Source: an uncultured bacterium (GTDB lineage Bacteria > Hydrothermota > Tepidihabitantia > Tepidihabitantales > Tepidihabitantaceae). Taken from it: DNA of 64,000 nt. Under the pieces are notes generated by a model. It had not been told where the DNA came from. It did not search any database and worked only from the letters and a program-made list of their open reading frames with translations. The translations under genes and the position numbers were made by a program. This document shows positions 18,714 to 28,571 of this stretch, in pieces (positions within the stretch are counted from its first letter, which is position 1; every line of letters starts with the position of its first letter). Where the stretch lies: the NCBI GenBank assembly GCA_964626075.1, contig CAZVDD010000011.1, positions 12,566 to 76,565 on the forward strand, read 5' to 3'.

Positions 18714-20459
18714 ATGACAGTACTGCGACCCAGGAGCGGATTAAAGGTGGTGTTCGACTTCTGGCGTCGGCACAAACTGCTTATTCTGGCGCTAATTTTT
18801 ACCACCATTGTGGGCGCCGGGGTTGGCGTGGCATTTCCCTATATTTTACGACTGATTATCGATGGAATTAAACAGGGGATTACGAGAGCAAAGCTGCTTC
18901 GTTACTGTGGGTTTTTAGTCGCGTTCGGCGTTTTGCGCGCAGCGCTGGATGGCTTCTTACCGTTTTTACGGGGCAGAACCAATGAGTTATTTGCCTGGGA
19001 GTTCCGGAGCCGGGTGTTCCGGGAGATAATTGCTCGGGGCTATCGTTTCACGTGCCGGTTTCCTTCGGGCGATGTGATGGAACGACTGGACCACGATATG
19101 CAGGAACTTTCCTGGTTTGCCTGCTCCGGGATATTTCGATTTCTCGCCGCATTTCTTTTAGCCCTGTTCACGGTCGTAATGATGATAAAGATGAACTTAC
19201 TGTTGACGGTGTTAACGGTATTGCCGGCGAGTCTTGCGGTCGTTGGCTGGATGAATATGGGACCAAAGATTTACGCCTGGTTTATGAAGTGGCGCGAAAA
19301 GATTGCGGAGATTAACAATCAGTTACAGGTAGCGTTTTCCGGTATTCGGTTGGTCAAGGCGTTTGTGATGGAGAGACAGCTGGCGGGCCGATTCCGTCAG
19401 GCGCTGGCGGACAGGGTCAACGTTGCGGTCCAGGAAGCAAGAGCCGAGGCAAAGGTACAGGCATCTTATATGGCAATTGCCGAGATTGCATTACTGATGG
19501 TGCTTTGGGCAGGCGGCTTTTTTGTAATTCGTCAAAGGATAACGATAGGTGAGTTTGTTGCTTTCAACGCCTACCTTTTGATGCTTTTGGGTCCGATGTT
19601 TGATATTGGCAATCTGTTTGTGTCGGGACGGAGGGCGGCGGGCGCCGGTGAGCGCATTGTCGGCCTGATTGAAACCGCACCCGAGGTGGATGTGCGGTCC
19701 GGAGTTAAAACCCCGGTTCCGGGCGAGTTGAAACTGGAACGGGTCAGTTTCCGTTATGATAACAAGTTGGTACTCAAAGATGTGACGATGGTATTTCCCT
19801 TCGGTAAGAAACTGGGAATAGCCGGTACCGTTGGTTCGGGCAAAACCACGATACTGTATTTGTTGATGCGGCTGATTGACCCTACGAGTGGCACCGTCCT
19901 TTTGAATGGTAGTGATATCAAAGAATACAATTTTGAGGAGTATCGAAGGCTTTTTGGTTATGCACCTCAGGAACCGACACTTTTTTCTGACACATTAAAG
20001 AACAACATCCTGTTCGGGCGTGAGGTTAGTGATGAGGAGTTGCGGCAGGTGGTGGCACAGGCGCAGTTGACCGATGTTGTGGCGGATTTGCCCCATGGTA
20101 TTGACGAAGTGCTGGGCGAAAGGGGCAGCGGCCTTTCGGGGGGACAGAAGGCGCGGGTTGCCATTGCCCGGGCGTTGGTCAATATGCCACCGATTCTGGT
20201 ACTGGACGATGTCACGGCGGCGCTGGATGCTGACACCGAGCAGGAGTTGCTCCAGCAGTTGTTCGCCACGGTTAAAGACCGAACCTTGATTGTTGTGTCG
20301 CATCGGCTGGCGGTGCTCGCGGCGTGCGATTACATCTATATGCTTGACCAGGGAGAGGTGAAAGAGGCGGGCAGTCACAACGAGCTACTCGTGCGCCAAG
20401 GGCTTTACTGGCGGCTATATCAGCGCCAGTTGATTACCGAGGAGTTGGAAAAACTTTAA
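18714..20459 (+). CDS. ABC exporter half-transporter (TMD-NBD), the partner whose catalytic Glu is replaced by Asp
   Basis: Walker A GTVGSGKTT and signature LSGGQKARV are canonical. Walker B reads LVLDDV (E to D). The H-loop is SHRL. It is adjacent and co-oriented with the preceding half-transporter, like TM287/288 or BmrCD heterodimers. Confidence 0.85.
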   Translation: MTVLRPRSGLKVVFDFWRRHKLLILALIFTTIVGAGVGVAFPYILRLIIDGIKQGITRAKLLRYCGFLVAFGVLRAALDGFLPFLRGRTNELFAWEFRSRVFREIIARGYRFTCRFPSGDVMERLDHDMQELSWFACSGIFRFLAAFLLALFTVVMMIKMNLLLTVLTVLPASLAVVGWMNMGPKIYAWFMKWREKIAEINNQLQVAFSGIRLVKAFVMERQLAGRFRQALADRVNVAVQEARAEAKVQASYMAIAEIALLMVLWAGGFFVIRQRITIGEFVAFNAYLLMLLGPMFDIGNLFVSGRRAAGAGERIVGLIETAPEVDVRSGVKTPVPGELKLERVSFRYDNKLVLKDVTMVFPFGKKLGIAGTVGSGKTTILYLLMRLIDPTSGTVLLNGSDIKEYNFEEYRRLFGYAPQEPTLFSDTLKNNILFGREVSDEELRQVVAQAQLTDVVADLPHGIDEVLGERGSGLSGGQKARVAIARALVNMPPILVLDDVTAALDADTEQELLQQLFATVKDRTLIVVSHRLAVLAACDYIYMLDQGEVKEAGSHNELLVRQGLYWRLYQRQLITEELEKL

Positions 20460-20461
20460 GG

Positions 20462-21628
20462 TTAAATCCGGGTGTGCCGGAAAAACTCTTTTTTCAACCT
20501 TTCCATCAGTTCCGGTCGTCGGTCGTAAAGGCGCCGCAGTTTACGCGGTTTGTGTTTGGCAAGGGCGTACGCGGTTAAGAGCGGCAAGGCGACGGTGCTA
20601 TCGAGATAGCAGACGATGGCATCCGGTAACCGGTCCGGGTCAACTTTTCCCCAGGAGACCGCTTCGTGGGGGGTCGCGCCCGAAAGCCCGCCGGTGTCAG
20701 GCCGGGCATCGGTGAACTGGATAAAGTAGTCCTGCCCGACATCGCGTAACATCAGAATCTCCTGAATCTGGGGCTCAGTCTGAAGCACAAAGTTTTTCGG
20801 CGAGCCACCCCCAATTAAGAGGACACCAGATTCGCCGCCCGAACGTTTGGCGTAAAGGACATAGGAGGTGGTTTCATTGACATCGATTGAGGGGTTGATG
20901 CGCAACTTTAAACCTTTCAGTTCCAGTCCGGCGATGTTCATCCCGATAGTAGAGTCACCGGGTGAACTGGTGTGGATGGGAACACCGCAGCGGTAAGCGG
21001 CAGCGAGGACGCTGACATCTTTGTTGCCGGTCTTTTCTTCCCATTCGGCGGCGTATCTTCCGAGCAGGTAGTAGAACTCAGCGGTGCCCATTTCCTTTTG
21101 AAATTCGGGCTGGACAAGAATTTTTCGGAGAATTTCATCAGTGGCACAGAGGCAGTCGGTGTAACCCAAGAAGATGTCGTAAATGCGCACGACATCGTTA
21201 TTGCGCAGGTCGGTATCGTCTACCGCTGGGGAGCCACAATAAAGCGGAAAGTTGAAGGCAAAGTGAAGGTCGTGATACATATTGGCACCGGTGGCAACAA
21301 TCCAGTCAACAAATCCCGCTTTAATCAACGGCACGATGCAGGATGGTCCTAAACCAGCTGGAGTCAGGGCACCAGCAAGAGACATGCCGACCACCGTTTT
21401 GGGGCGCAGCAGCTTTTTGGTAAACAGTTCGCAAGCCTGCCGCAAACGGGCGGAGTTGTAGGCGAGGAAAGTCTCGCTAATGAGGTCGGTCAGTTTTTCT
21501 TTACCGGTGATAGCCGGGGGCAGGATGCGTTTACCCGAGAGGTAAATTTTTTTGCGGGGGCAACGCCGGTTGCGCAGCCAATCGGGCAATTCGCTCAGGT
21601 CTTCACGAAACCGATAATTTTTCTTCAT
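20462..21628 (-). CDS. Deoxyhypusine synthase-like protein (candidate homospermidine synthase)
   Basis: 388 aa. The motifs GGGSPKNF and [10 protein letters not shown] match the DHS active-site region (human GGGVVKHH ... PDEAVSWGKI). Confidence 0.75.
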   Translation of the reverse strand: MKKNYRFREDLSELPDWLRNRRCPRKKIYLSGKRILPPAITGKEKLTDLISETFLAYNSARLRQACELFTKKLLRPKTVVGMSLAGALTPAGLGPSCIVPLIKAGFVDWIVATGANMYHDLHFAFNFPLYCGSPAVDDTDLRNNDVVRIYDIFLGYTDCLCATDEILRKILVQPEFQKEMGTAEFYYLLGRYAAEWEEKTGNKDVSVLAAAYRCGVPIHTSSPGDSTIGMNIAGLELKGLKLRINPSIDVNETTSYVLYAKRSGGESGVLLIGGGSPKNFVLQTEPQIQEILMLRDVGQDYFIQFTDARPDTGGLSGATPHEAVSWGKVDPDRLPDAIVCYLDSTVALPLLTAYALAKHKPRKLRRLYDRRPELMERLKKEFFRHTRI

Positions 21629-21637
21629 CGCACCTCC

Positions 21638-22783
21638 TTAAGGGACAATTACGGTTTTTGCCGGCGGTATGCCGTTAAAACTGGTAGCGTGCGTTATTGA
21701 GTAGGCACCGATATTGCGGGCGTAGACCAAATCGCCCAACTCCAGTTCCGGCAGTTCTTCAGCGGGCGAGATGATATCAAGGGAGTCACAAGTTGGTCCG
21801 GCAAGGGTCGTCAACTGGGTTGGGCCCCTTTTGAAGGCTTCAAACTGGTATTTGCAATGGTCAAAAATCGTTCCGGAGAGTGCCCCGTAGACGCCATCGT
21901 CAAGATAGTACCAGTGTTTGTTGTTACGAATCGACTTGCCAATAACCGACATCACAAGGATGGCAGCCGGTCCGATAAGCGCCCGTCCGGGTTCGGCGAT
22001 GATACGGATTTCCGGCGCAAACAGCCGCGCCAGTTCGAGATTGAGCGCCGGGGCCATCTCCGCAAACCAGTCTTCATCGGAGTCAAAATGGCGGATGGGG
22101 AAGCCACCACCGATGTCGATGATGGTTAAGTTGAGTCCTTTTTGCGCCGCTTCGGCGAGGATAATCTTGGCGAGTTCCAGCGCTTCAAGGTAGTTGTTGC
22201 CATAGGTGCACTGGGAACCGACATGGAAGGCGATGCCCACCGGTTCCAGTCCCAGTTTGCGCGCCTTGAGCAGGAAAGGAACGGCATCGCTCGGTTCGGC
22301 ACCGAACTTAAGGGACAGTTCAACCACCGAGCCGACATTCGGGACTTTGATACGGACTAAAACCCGGGCACCGGGCGCATAGCGGGCAATTTTGGTTAGT
22401 TCGTATTCGGAGTCGAAGGTCATCAGATTCACCCTGTGGCGCCGGGCGAACTGAATTGCGCCCGTCCGTTTAATGGTGTTGGCGAAAATTAGCCTTTCGG
22501 GCTCAACCCCGGCACCGAGGACAAGTTCCATCTCCGGTTCGGATGCGACATCAAAGCCACAGCCGTGCCGGGCAAGTAGTTTTATCACTTCGGGGTTGGG
22601 ATTTGCCTTTACGGCATAAAACGGTTCAACCCGGGGTAGGAGTTTGCGGAAACGGCTGAGCTGGGCGAGCAGCAGGGTGCGACTGATGATGAAGAGCGGT
22701 GTGCCGTGCTTTCTTGCCAACCCGGGCAGGACGGTACGGAGTTTCTTGAGATAGGTTTGAGTATGGTTATGGAACTTTTTCAC
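21638..22783 (-). CDS. PLP-dependent ornithine decarboxylase-like enzyme (alanine-racemase fold, group IV)
   Basis: It has the PFYAVKANPNPE PLP-lysine motif, GGGFPI, and GPTCDSLD (ODC-type Cys). Its length of 381 aa is typical of compact bacterial ODCs. Confidence 0.75.
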   Translation of the reverse strand: MKKFHNHTQTYLKKLRTVLPGLARKHGTPLFIISRTLLLAQLSRFRKLLPRVEPFYAVKANPNPEVIKLLARHGCGFDVASEPEMELVLGAGVEPERLIFANTIKRTGAIQFARRHRVNLMTFDSEYELTKIARYAPGARVLVRIKVPNVGSVVELSLKFGAEPSDAVPFLLKARKLGLEPVGIAFHVGSQCTYGNNYLEALELAKIILAEAAQKGLNLTIIDIGGGFPIRHFDSDEDWFAEMAPALNLELARLFAPEIRIIAEPGRALIGPAAILVMSVIGKSIRNNKHWYYLDDGVYGALSGTIFDHCKYQFEAFKRGPTQLTTLAGPTCDSLDIISPAEELPELELGDLVYARNIGAYSITHATSFNGIPPAKTVIVP

Positions 22784-22813
22784 GCCTCAATTATTGCCGA
22801 TGTAATTCTTTAG

Positions 22814-23863
22814 TCAAGAACGGGTAGTTTCGCCTGTTAAAACCGCGGCACCGGGTAACAAACTTTTTTTGACGGCAATCAACGCCTCGTTTGCCTGATG
22901 GAGGAGAAAGGTTGTGACCGTGGTTTTTAATGGAATTTCGGCGGCGAGGTTGATAATGTCAACGACATCTTGACGGGTGCTATTGGCAACAGAGCGGACG
23001 GTGCGTTCCTGATAGATGAGGGAATAGTCAAAAGAGGGGATTGGGCTCATATGGATACCGGCAAGGGCGAGGGTGCCACCAGGGTTGAGATGGCTTAAAG
23101 CAAGGGGAATCAGTTCTCCGGCAGGGGCAAAGATAACGCCGGCGTCAAGTTTAAAGGGCGGTGTTTCCTGAGCGGTACCGACCCAGTCAGCACCCAGTTG
23201 CCAGGCATGTTCTTGATGAACCCGGGCACGGGTGAAAATTGCGGTTTGACAACCCCAGTATTTGAGGATTTGCAGACAGATGTGCGCTGAAGCACCAAAT
23301 CCGTAAAGGCCAAAGGCAAGATGGTTAAGAGAATTTTGTTTTGGGCTGAAGTCCGCAAAGGTGTTAAACGGCAGGGCAAGGCGCAAAGCCCGGTACCCAA
23401 TGACGCCGGCACAGAGAAAAGGCGCGGCACTAATCGGGTCAAGTTTTTGGGGTATCGGATAGCAGTAACCGGACTGGATTAGTGTGTATTCGGCATAGCC
23501 ACCATCGGTGTGAAAGCCGGTGAAGCGGATGTTGGCGCAAAGGTTTTCCCGACCTTGCTGGCAGTAGGGGCATTTACCGCAGGTTGCAGCGAGCCAGGGG
23601 ATGCCAACGATTGTGCCGCGGGGCGGAAAATTAACACCGGGACCGTGCTTATCAAGGATACCAACGATTTCGTGCCCCGGGGTTAAAGGTAATCGGGGTA
23701 GTTTCAAGTCACCCTCGATTTCATGGATGTCGGTGTGACAGACACCGCAGGCCAGAACTCGGACCCGGATTTGACCGGCGTCTGGTTCGGGGATGGGGAT
23801 GTCAAGCAACTGCAAGGGGTTGGTCTCAACTGGTGCCTGATGCAAAAGCCGCATTGCCCGCAT
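22814..23863 (-). CDS. Zinc-dependent alcohol dehydrogenase (MDR family)
   Basis: It has the GVCHTDIHEIEGD catalytic-zinc motif, structural-zinc cysteines (CGKCPYCQ) and a Rossmann-type GxGxxG. Confidence 0.8.
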   Translation of the reverse strand: MRAMRLLHQAPVETNPLQLLDIPIPEPDAGQIRVRVLACGVCHTDIHEIEGDLKLPRLPLTPGHEIVGILDKHGPGVNFPPRGTIVGIPWLAATCGKCPYCQQGRENLCANIRFTGFHTDGGYAEYTLIQSGYCYPIPQKLDPISAAPFLCAGVIGYRALRLALPFNTFADFSPKQNSLNHLAFGLYGFGASAHICLQILKYWGCQTAIFTRARVHQEHAWQLGADWVGTAQETPPFKLDAGVIFAPAGELIPLALSHLNPGGTLALAGIHMSPIPSFDYSLIYQERTVRSVANSTRQDVVDIINLAAEIPLKTTVTTFLLHQANEALIAVKKSLLPGAAVLTGETTRS

Positions 23864-23945
23864 AGAGATTATTAAACTGGAAAATCAAATATTGGCAAGG
23901 TTTGCGATAATTGACGGAAAAAGAGAGTTAAGATAGATTTATTGT

Positions 23946-24299
23946 ATGGAGAAAAAAAGCGTAATGCTGTTGGCAATCAGTTCTGACCCGGTGGTGTTTG
24001 CCCATACTTTGTTGAATGCACTGGATATGAAGGAACGGGGCTGGGAGGTGAAGGTGGTGATTGAAGGTGATGCGACCAAGCAGGTTTCGCTCTTGCGCAA
24101 TGAGACCAAACCTTTTGCTAATATCTGGCAGCAGGCAAAGAAGGCGCAGTTGATTGGTGGTGTGTGCCGGGCGTGCGCCCAGAAGAACACAGTGGTGCCG
24201 GCGGTGGTGGAGCAGGGGCTCAAACTGCTGGATGAGATGAGTGGCCATCCCAGTGTTGCCCGTTACCTTGAAGCCGGCTATTTTGTGCTCGTCTTCTGA
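23946..24299 (+). CDS. DsrE/YchN-like small protein
   Basis: 117 aa. An N-terminal hydrophobic core precedes conserved Cys residues in GGVCRACAQ. This resembles the DsrE/DsrF/TusD fold but was not verified. Confidence 0.45.
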   Translation: MEKKSVMLLAISSDPVVFAHTLLNALDMKERGWEVKVVIEGDATKQVSLLRNETKPFANIWQQAKKAQLIGGVCRACAQKNTVVPAVVEQGLKLLDEMSGHPSVARYLEAGYFVLVF

Positions 24300-24300
24300 A

Positions 24301-24948
24301 ATGGTGAAAAGCCCGTTTGATGAGCAGGCCGACAAGTACGATGCCTGGTACGATACCAAAGGGAAACTGGCATTTGAGATTGAACTGGCGGCGCTGAAAC
24401 CGCTTTTAGCAGATTTGCCCAAGCCCTGGCTTGAGGTGGGCGTGGGCAGTGGCAGATTTGCCGAACAGCTGGGGATTGAGACGGGTGTTGACCCTTCAGA
24501 AAAATTGCTGGAATTTGCCCGCCGCCGCGGGATAAAGGTGTTTTGGGCATTCGGTGAAAGCCTGCCGTTTGAAGACGGTTCGTTCGGTACGGTGTTTCTT
24601 TTGACGACCTGGGAGTTTCTGGGTGAACCGTTGCCGGTTTTAAAGGAGATTTATCGGGTGCTGAAGCCTGAAGGTAGGTTGGTCAACGGTTATCTTGACC
24701 GAAATGGAAAGTGGGGAAGAAGTTATCTTGAGAAGGCGCATCAGGGTCATCAGTTGTTCCGACACGCCCGGTTCGATGAGTACGATACGGTTGCCGGGCT
24801 AACCCGCCAGGCGGGTTTTGAGGTCCTGCGCACCGTTTCTACTTTGTTTCAGGGTCCAGGAGAAACGGTCACCATTGAAGAACCGCAGGAGGGTTATGTG
24901 CCGGGAGCAAGTTTTGTCGTGATTGTTGCCCGGAAATCGACCGCTTGA
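24301..24948 (+). CDS. Class I SAM-dependent methyltransferase
   Basis: It has motif I LEVGVGSGRF and post-I/II motifs (VLKPEGRLV). The probable ATG at about 24301 abuts the DsrE-like stop. The track ORF starts earlier at 24241. Confidence 0.75.
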   Translation: MVKSPFDEQADKYDAWYDTKGKLAFEIELAALKPLLADLPKPWLEVGVGSGRFAEQLGIETGVDPSEKLLEFARRRGIKVFWAFGESLPFEDGSFGTVFLLTTWEFLGEPLPVLKEIYRVLKPEGRLVNGYLDRNGKWGRSYLEKAHQGHQLFRHARFDEYDTVAGLTRQAGFEVLRTVSTLFQGPGETVTIEEPQEGYVPGASFVVIVARKSTA

Positions 24949-25071
24949 TTCGTTCTGGTTTGTCACACGGTAAGTTACAATATAATCAAAAGTTAATGGA
25001 TAATTAGGGAAGAGGTTCACACCCCAAGCGTTACCAATATTACAGTTGAAGAGCAGGGGTTGGTAGAAATA

Positions 25072-25107
25072 GTCCCCGGAACGGCCCAGGGGACGGTATC
25101 TTTTTTC
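25072..25107 (+). terminator. Possible intrinsic terminator downstream of the methyltransferase
   Basis: The hairpin GTCCCC-11 nt loop-GGGGAC is followed after 6 nt by a TTTTTT run. The spacing is not ideal. Confidence 0.3.
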
Positions 25108-25258
25108 TAACTATTATATTTTCTGTTAGTTATAAATCCGTTAATTTCGCCCGAGAATGGGGTCTTATAATTAGAAGTCGTAATATTTATTTTGTCTGCT
25201 TCGGCTAATGTTCGCAGCTACCTTTTTAGAGCCTTATCCGGGGCGTTTTTCTCTCTAT

Positions 25259-26983
25259 CTATTTCCGGGTCAGGTCCAGTTCTGCTGCGAATTCGGACTC
25301 TTGGAATTCGAACTCACCCCGGACGCCTTTGTTTTTCAGTTCCTGGTCGTACGCCTTTAAGTCTTTGCGCATCACCTTGGCGCTGATGGTTTTAGGGAAT
25401 TCACGCATAAATTCAATGGTGCGTGGTCGTTTGTAAGGTGCCATCCGTTCGCGGATGAAACGGAAGATTTCAAGTGCCAGGGCGCGGCTGGGGTTGAAGC
25501 CCGGTTTTAAAACGATAAACGCCTTGGGGACGATACGCTGGCGTTCGTCGGTAGTGGGCACGACAGCAACTTCGAGGACCGCCTGGTGCTCCATTAGTTC
25601 GCTCTCCACTTCGAATGGACTGATGCGATAGTCGAGGCTCTTGAACACATCGTCGGTTCGGCCAATGAACCTGAAATAGCCGTCTTCGTCAACGGTAGCG
25701 GTGTCACCGGTCAGGTAGTAGCCGCCTTTAAACACCTGGGCGTTTTTTGCCGGGTCGTTCAGGGCGTGAAGGAGTCCTAATGGTTTAACCGGATAAATCT
25801 CAACCGCCAGTTGGCCGTCTTGATTAAATTTTACCGGGTCGAGCAGTTCGTTCACCGGGACGATGTTGTAGCCCGGTGCCACTTTACCGAGGGAGCCTTC
25901 TCGAATCGGCTCGCCGATAAAGTTGCCAATCATCAGGGTGCTTTCGGTCTGGCCATAGCCCTCGCGTAAATCTAAACCGATTTTTTCCTTTACCTGACGC
26001 AGGATTTCCGGGTTGAGCGGTTCACCAGCGCTGACCAGTTGTTTAAAAGCGAACCGGTAGGCACTCAGGTCTTCCACTAAAAAAAGTTTCCAGACGCTCA
26101 AGGGGGCACAAAGGGTCGTCACCCGGTACTTCTCCATCATTGATAGCACAGCGCGGGCGATAAACCGTTTGTAGCGGTAAACAAAGATTGTGGCTTCAGC
26201 ATTCCAGGGTGCAAAGAAACTGCTCCAGGCGTACTTTGCCCAACCCGGGGCGCTGATGTTGTAATGGATATCACCCTTTTTGCAGCCGAGCCAGTAGGTT
26301 GTTGTGAGATGACCCACCGGATAGTTGTGGGTGTGGATTACCAGTTTGGGTTTTGCGGTGGTGCCGGAGGTGAAGAACGAACAGAGTTCATCGGTGGAGT
26401 AGGTGACAAAAGGGGGCTGGAATTCGGTGGGGAGTTTAGCAACGGTGGCGAAGTCAATCCAGGAAGCAGGCGGACTGTCAGGTGCGGTATCGACCACGAT
26501 TTTAGCGGTGAGGGAATCGGCGCGGGCAAACTTATCAAGGTATGCGCGGTGGACAAAGACAAACTTTATGTCCGCCGCGGTGATGCGGTCGGCAACATCG
26601 TCGGGTGAGAGGAGCGTTGAAACCGGGATGATGACCCCGCCCGCTTTTATTATTCCCAGTAAAATCTGGTGCAGTTCGACCGAGTGGTCCATCATCACAA
26701 GCACCCGTTCGCCTTTTTTAAGTCCGAGGTCGATGAGAAGATTGGCAACCTGATTGCTTTTTTGGCGCAGCTCCTCGAAGGTAACCTGTTTTTCCGAACC
26801 GGCTTCGTCGGCGTAAATTAACGCCCGATTGTTGTTACCGCGGGCGATGTAGTCAAAGTAGTCCAGCGCCCAGTTGAATTTTACCAGCCGGGGCCAGTAA
26901 AACTTCTCGCGACAGGTGGTGTAATCTGGACCACTCAAGATAAAGTCGCGCAATTTTAAAAACTCGGTTAGTTCTTTTTTCAT
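25259..26983 (-). CDS. AMP-forming acyl-CoA synthetase/ligase (medium-chain/acetate-CoA ligase-like)
   Basis: 574 aa with AMP-binding motifs (SGTTAKPK, YGQTE, GDTATVDEDGYFRFIGRTDD). Confidence 0.8.
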   Translation of the reverse strand: MKKELTEFLKLRDFILSGPDYTTCREKFYWPRLVKFNWALDYFDYIARGNNNRALIYADEAGSEKQVTFEELRQKSNQVANLLIDLGLKKGERVLVMMDHSVELHQILLGIIKAGGVIIPVSTLLSPDDVADRITAADIKFVFVHRAYLDKFARADSLTAKIVVDTAPDSPPASWIDFATVAKLPTEFQPPFVTYSTDELCSFFTSGTTAKPKLVIHTHNYPVGHLTTTYWLGCKKGDIHYNISAPGWAKYAWSSFFAPWNAEATIFVYRYKRFIARAVLSMMEKYRVTTLCAPLSVWKLFLVEDLSAYRFAFKQLVSAGEPLNPEILRQVKEKIGLDLREGYGQTESTLMIGNFIGEPIREGSLGKVAPGYNIVPVNELLDPVKFNQDGQLAVEIYPVKPLGLLHALNDPAKNAQVFKGGYYLTGDTATVDEDGYFRFIGRTDDVFKSLDYRISPFEVESELMEHQAVLEVAVVPTTDERQRIVPKAFIVLKPGFNPSRALALEIFRFIRERMAPYKRPRTIEFMREFPKTISAKVMRKDLKAYDQELKNKGVRGEFEFQESEFAAELDLTRK

Positions 26984-27058
26984 TGTTACTCCTTTGTGCG
27001 AAATTGAACTAATATGATAAAAGTTTAGAAACTCTGGTCAAATTTTTCTAACCGGTGT

Positions 27059-28036
27059 TTAGTGGTTGATTTTACGCACCGCCGCTTCGTGTTCCTGGGG
27101 GGTTGTTGAGAAGATGTGGGTACCATCACCCCGCGAGACAAAGAAGAGGTAGTTGTGTTGGGCGGGAAAGAGTACGGCTTTGAGTGCCAGTTTACCAGGA
27201 TTGCAGATGGGACCGGGTGGCAAGCCGGGGCGGAGATAGGTGTTGTAAGGGGAGGGGGTTTTCAGGTCGTTGAAACTCAAGCGCTCTTTTGGTTGGGGCA
27301 GGACGAATTCAACGGTGGCGCAGGATTGAAGCGGCAGGTTGCGCCGGAGGCGGTTGAGAAAGACGCCGGCAATTATCGGGAACTCTTCCGGCACCTTTGC
27401 TTCCTTTTCAACGATAGAGGCGAGGATGATAACCTGGGGTTCTGATAGGGCGGTTTTGGACTCTTTTTTTAAATCCGTCAGGACAAGGCGACACTGACGC
27501 ACAAGTCGGCGGACAATGGCGTGAGGGTCAGAGCCGGTCTGGAATTCGTAAGTTTCGGGGAAGAGATAACCCTCCGCCGTTTTGAAGGGGATGTCAAGGG
27601 AACGGAGCAGGACGGTGTCGCGGCAGGCAGCGAGAAAACTGTCACCTGGGCAAATACCATTCTTATCGAGCAGTTGCGCAATCTGGCCGGTTGTGTACCC
27701 TTCGGGAATGGTTACCATCAAAAGTGCCGGGACATCGCGGATTAGTGTTTTTAATACCAGATGAGGGTCGGTGTTGGGGGCAAAGCGATACCGCCCGGGC
27801 TGAATCCGGGTTTCATAGTTGTTCAGCCAGGCAAGGAAACGAAAGACGAGAACCGAGTTGATAACCTGCCGCTGGCGCAAACTTTCGGCAATCGCCGTGA
27901 GCGACATTCCGGGCTTGATGGTGATTTCTCTTTTCGGTCCGGCAAAGGCAGGAGGAAGTTGTTCATTACAGTTTGGGCTCAAAAGGAGGAGAAGTAAGCA
28001 ATAGATTGGGAGAGGAAACTTGAATTTAGCATCCAT
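27059..28036 (-). CDS. mltG: Endolytic murein transglycosylase MltG (YceG family)
   Basis: It has an N-terminal TM helix, a YceG-like domain and the SIVEKEA catalytic-region motif. Confidence 0.8.
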   Translation of the reverse strand: MDAKFKFPLPIYCLLLLLLSPNCNEQLPPAFAGPKREITIKPGMSLTAIAESLRQRQVINSVLVFRFLAWLNNYETRIQPGRYRFAPNTDPHLVLKTLIRDVPALLMVTIPEGYTTGQIAQLLDKNGICPGDSFLAACRDTVLLRSLDIPFKTAEGYLFPETYEFQTGSDPHAIVRRLVRQCRLVLTDLKKESKTALSEPQVIILASIVEKEAKVPEEFPIIAGVFLNRLRRNLPLQSCATVEFVLPQPKERLSFNDLKTPSPYNTYLRPGLPPGPICNPGKLALKAVLFPAQHNYLFFVSRGDGTHIFSTTPQEHEAAVRKINH

Positions 28037-28039
28037 AGT

Positions 28040-28492
28040 TTAGCTTTCGTGCCGGTTATTAAGCCGGGCAAGGTAGTTTTCCAAGATGACAGTTGCCGCA
28101 ATACGGTCAATAGGATGGGTTGCGGTGCGGCGGCGGTTATTGGTGGGGCGAAAACGACGGCCGGTTACTTCGGTGTAGATTTCCTGGGCGCGGGTGGTGG
28201 AGAACCGTTCGTCAAAAAGTTCGACCGGCAAGGCAAGGTTGGCACGCAGTTTGTGAGCAAACTGGCGAATTTTTTCTGAGCGGGTGCTGGGTTTGCCGGA
28301 AAGGCTCAAGGGCAAACCGATGACAATTTTGCCGACATTGTAATTGTTGCTGAGGCGCCTGATGGCGGTGATGAGTTCTTTATCGGTTTTGTGGGAAAGG
28401 GTGGTAAGGCTCTGGGCAATGGTACGGGTTTCGTCGGAAATCGCCACGCCGGTGCGTCGTTCACCGAGGTCAAGGCAGAGGATACGGCACAT
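28040..28492 (-). CDS. ruvX: RuvX/YqgF Holliday-junction resolvase-like nuclease
   Basis: 150 aa. The N-terminus ILCLDLGERRTGVAISD is the canonical RNase H-like start of YqgF. Confidence 0.85.
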   Translation of the reverse strand: MCRILCLDLGERRTGVAISDETRTIAQSLTTLSHKTDKELITAIRRLSNNYNVGKIVIGLPLSLSGKPSTRSEKIRQFAHKLRANLALPVELFDERFSTTRAQEIYTEVTGRRFRPTNNRRRTATHPIDRIAATVILENYLARLNNRHES

Positions 28493-28571
28493 CGGAGAAA
28501 ATTTTATAATGGTTATGAGGCGATGTCCAGTAGCGGACTGAGTTGACTTTGAAGGGGGGCTGGATATAGTT

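Noticed and set aside
23928-24422. 164-aa minus-strand ORF overlapping the DsrE-like and methyltransferase genes
   Set aside because: It is antisense to two plus-strand genes with recognisable motifs and has no RBS or domain.
28493-28571. Possible T-box leader upstream of lysS
   Set aside because: Only about 80 nt are available, with no specifier/T-box conserved sequence. The region is too short for a T-box riboswitch.
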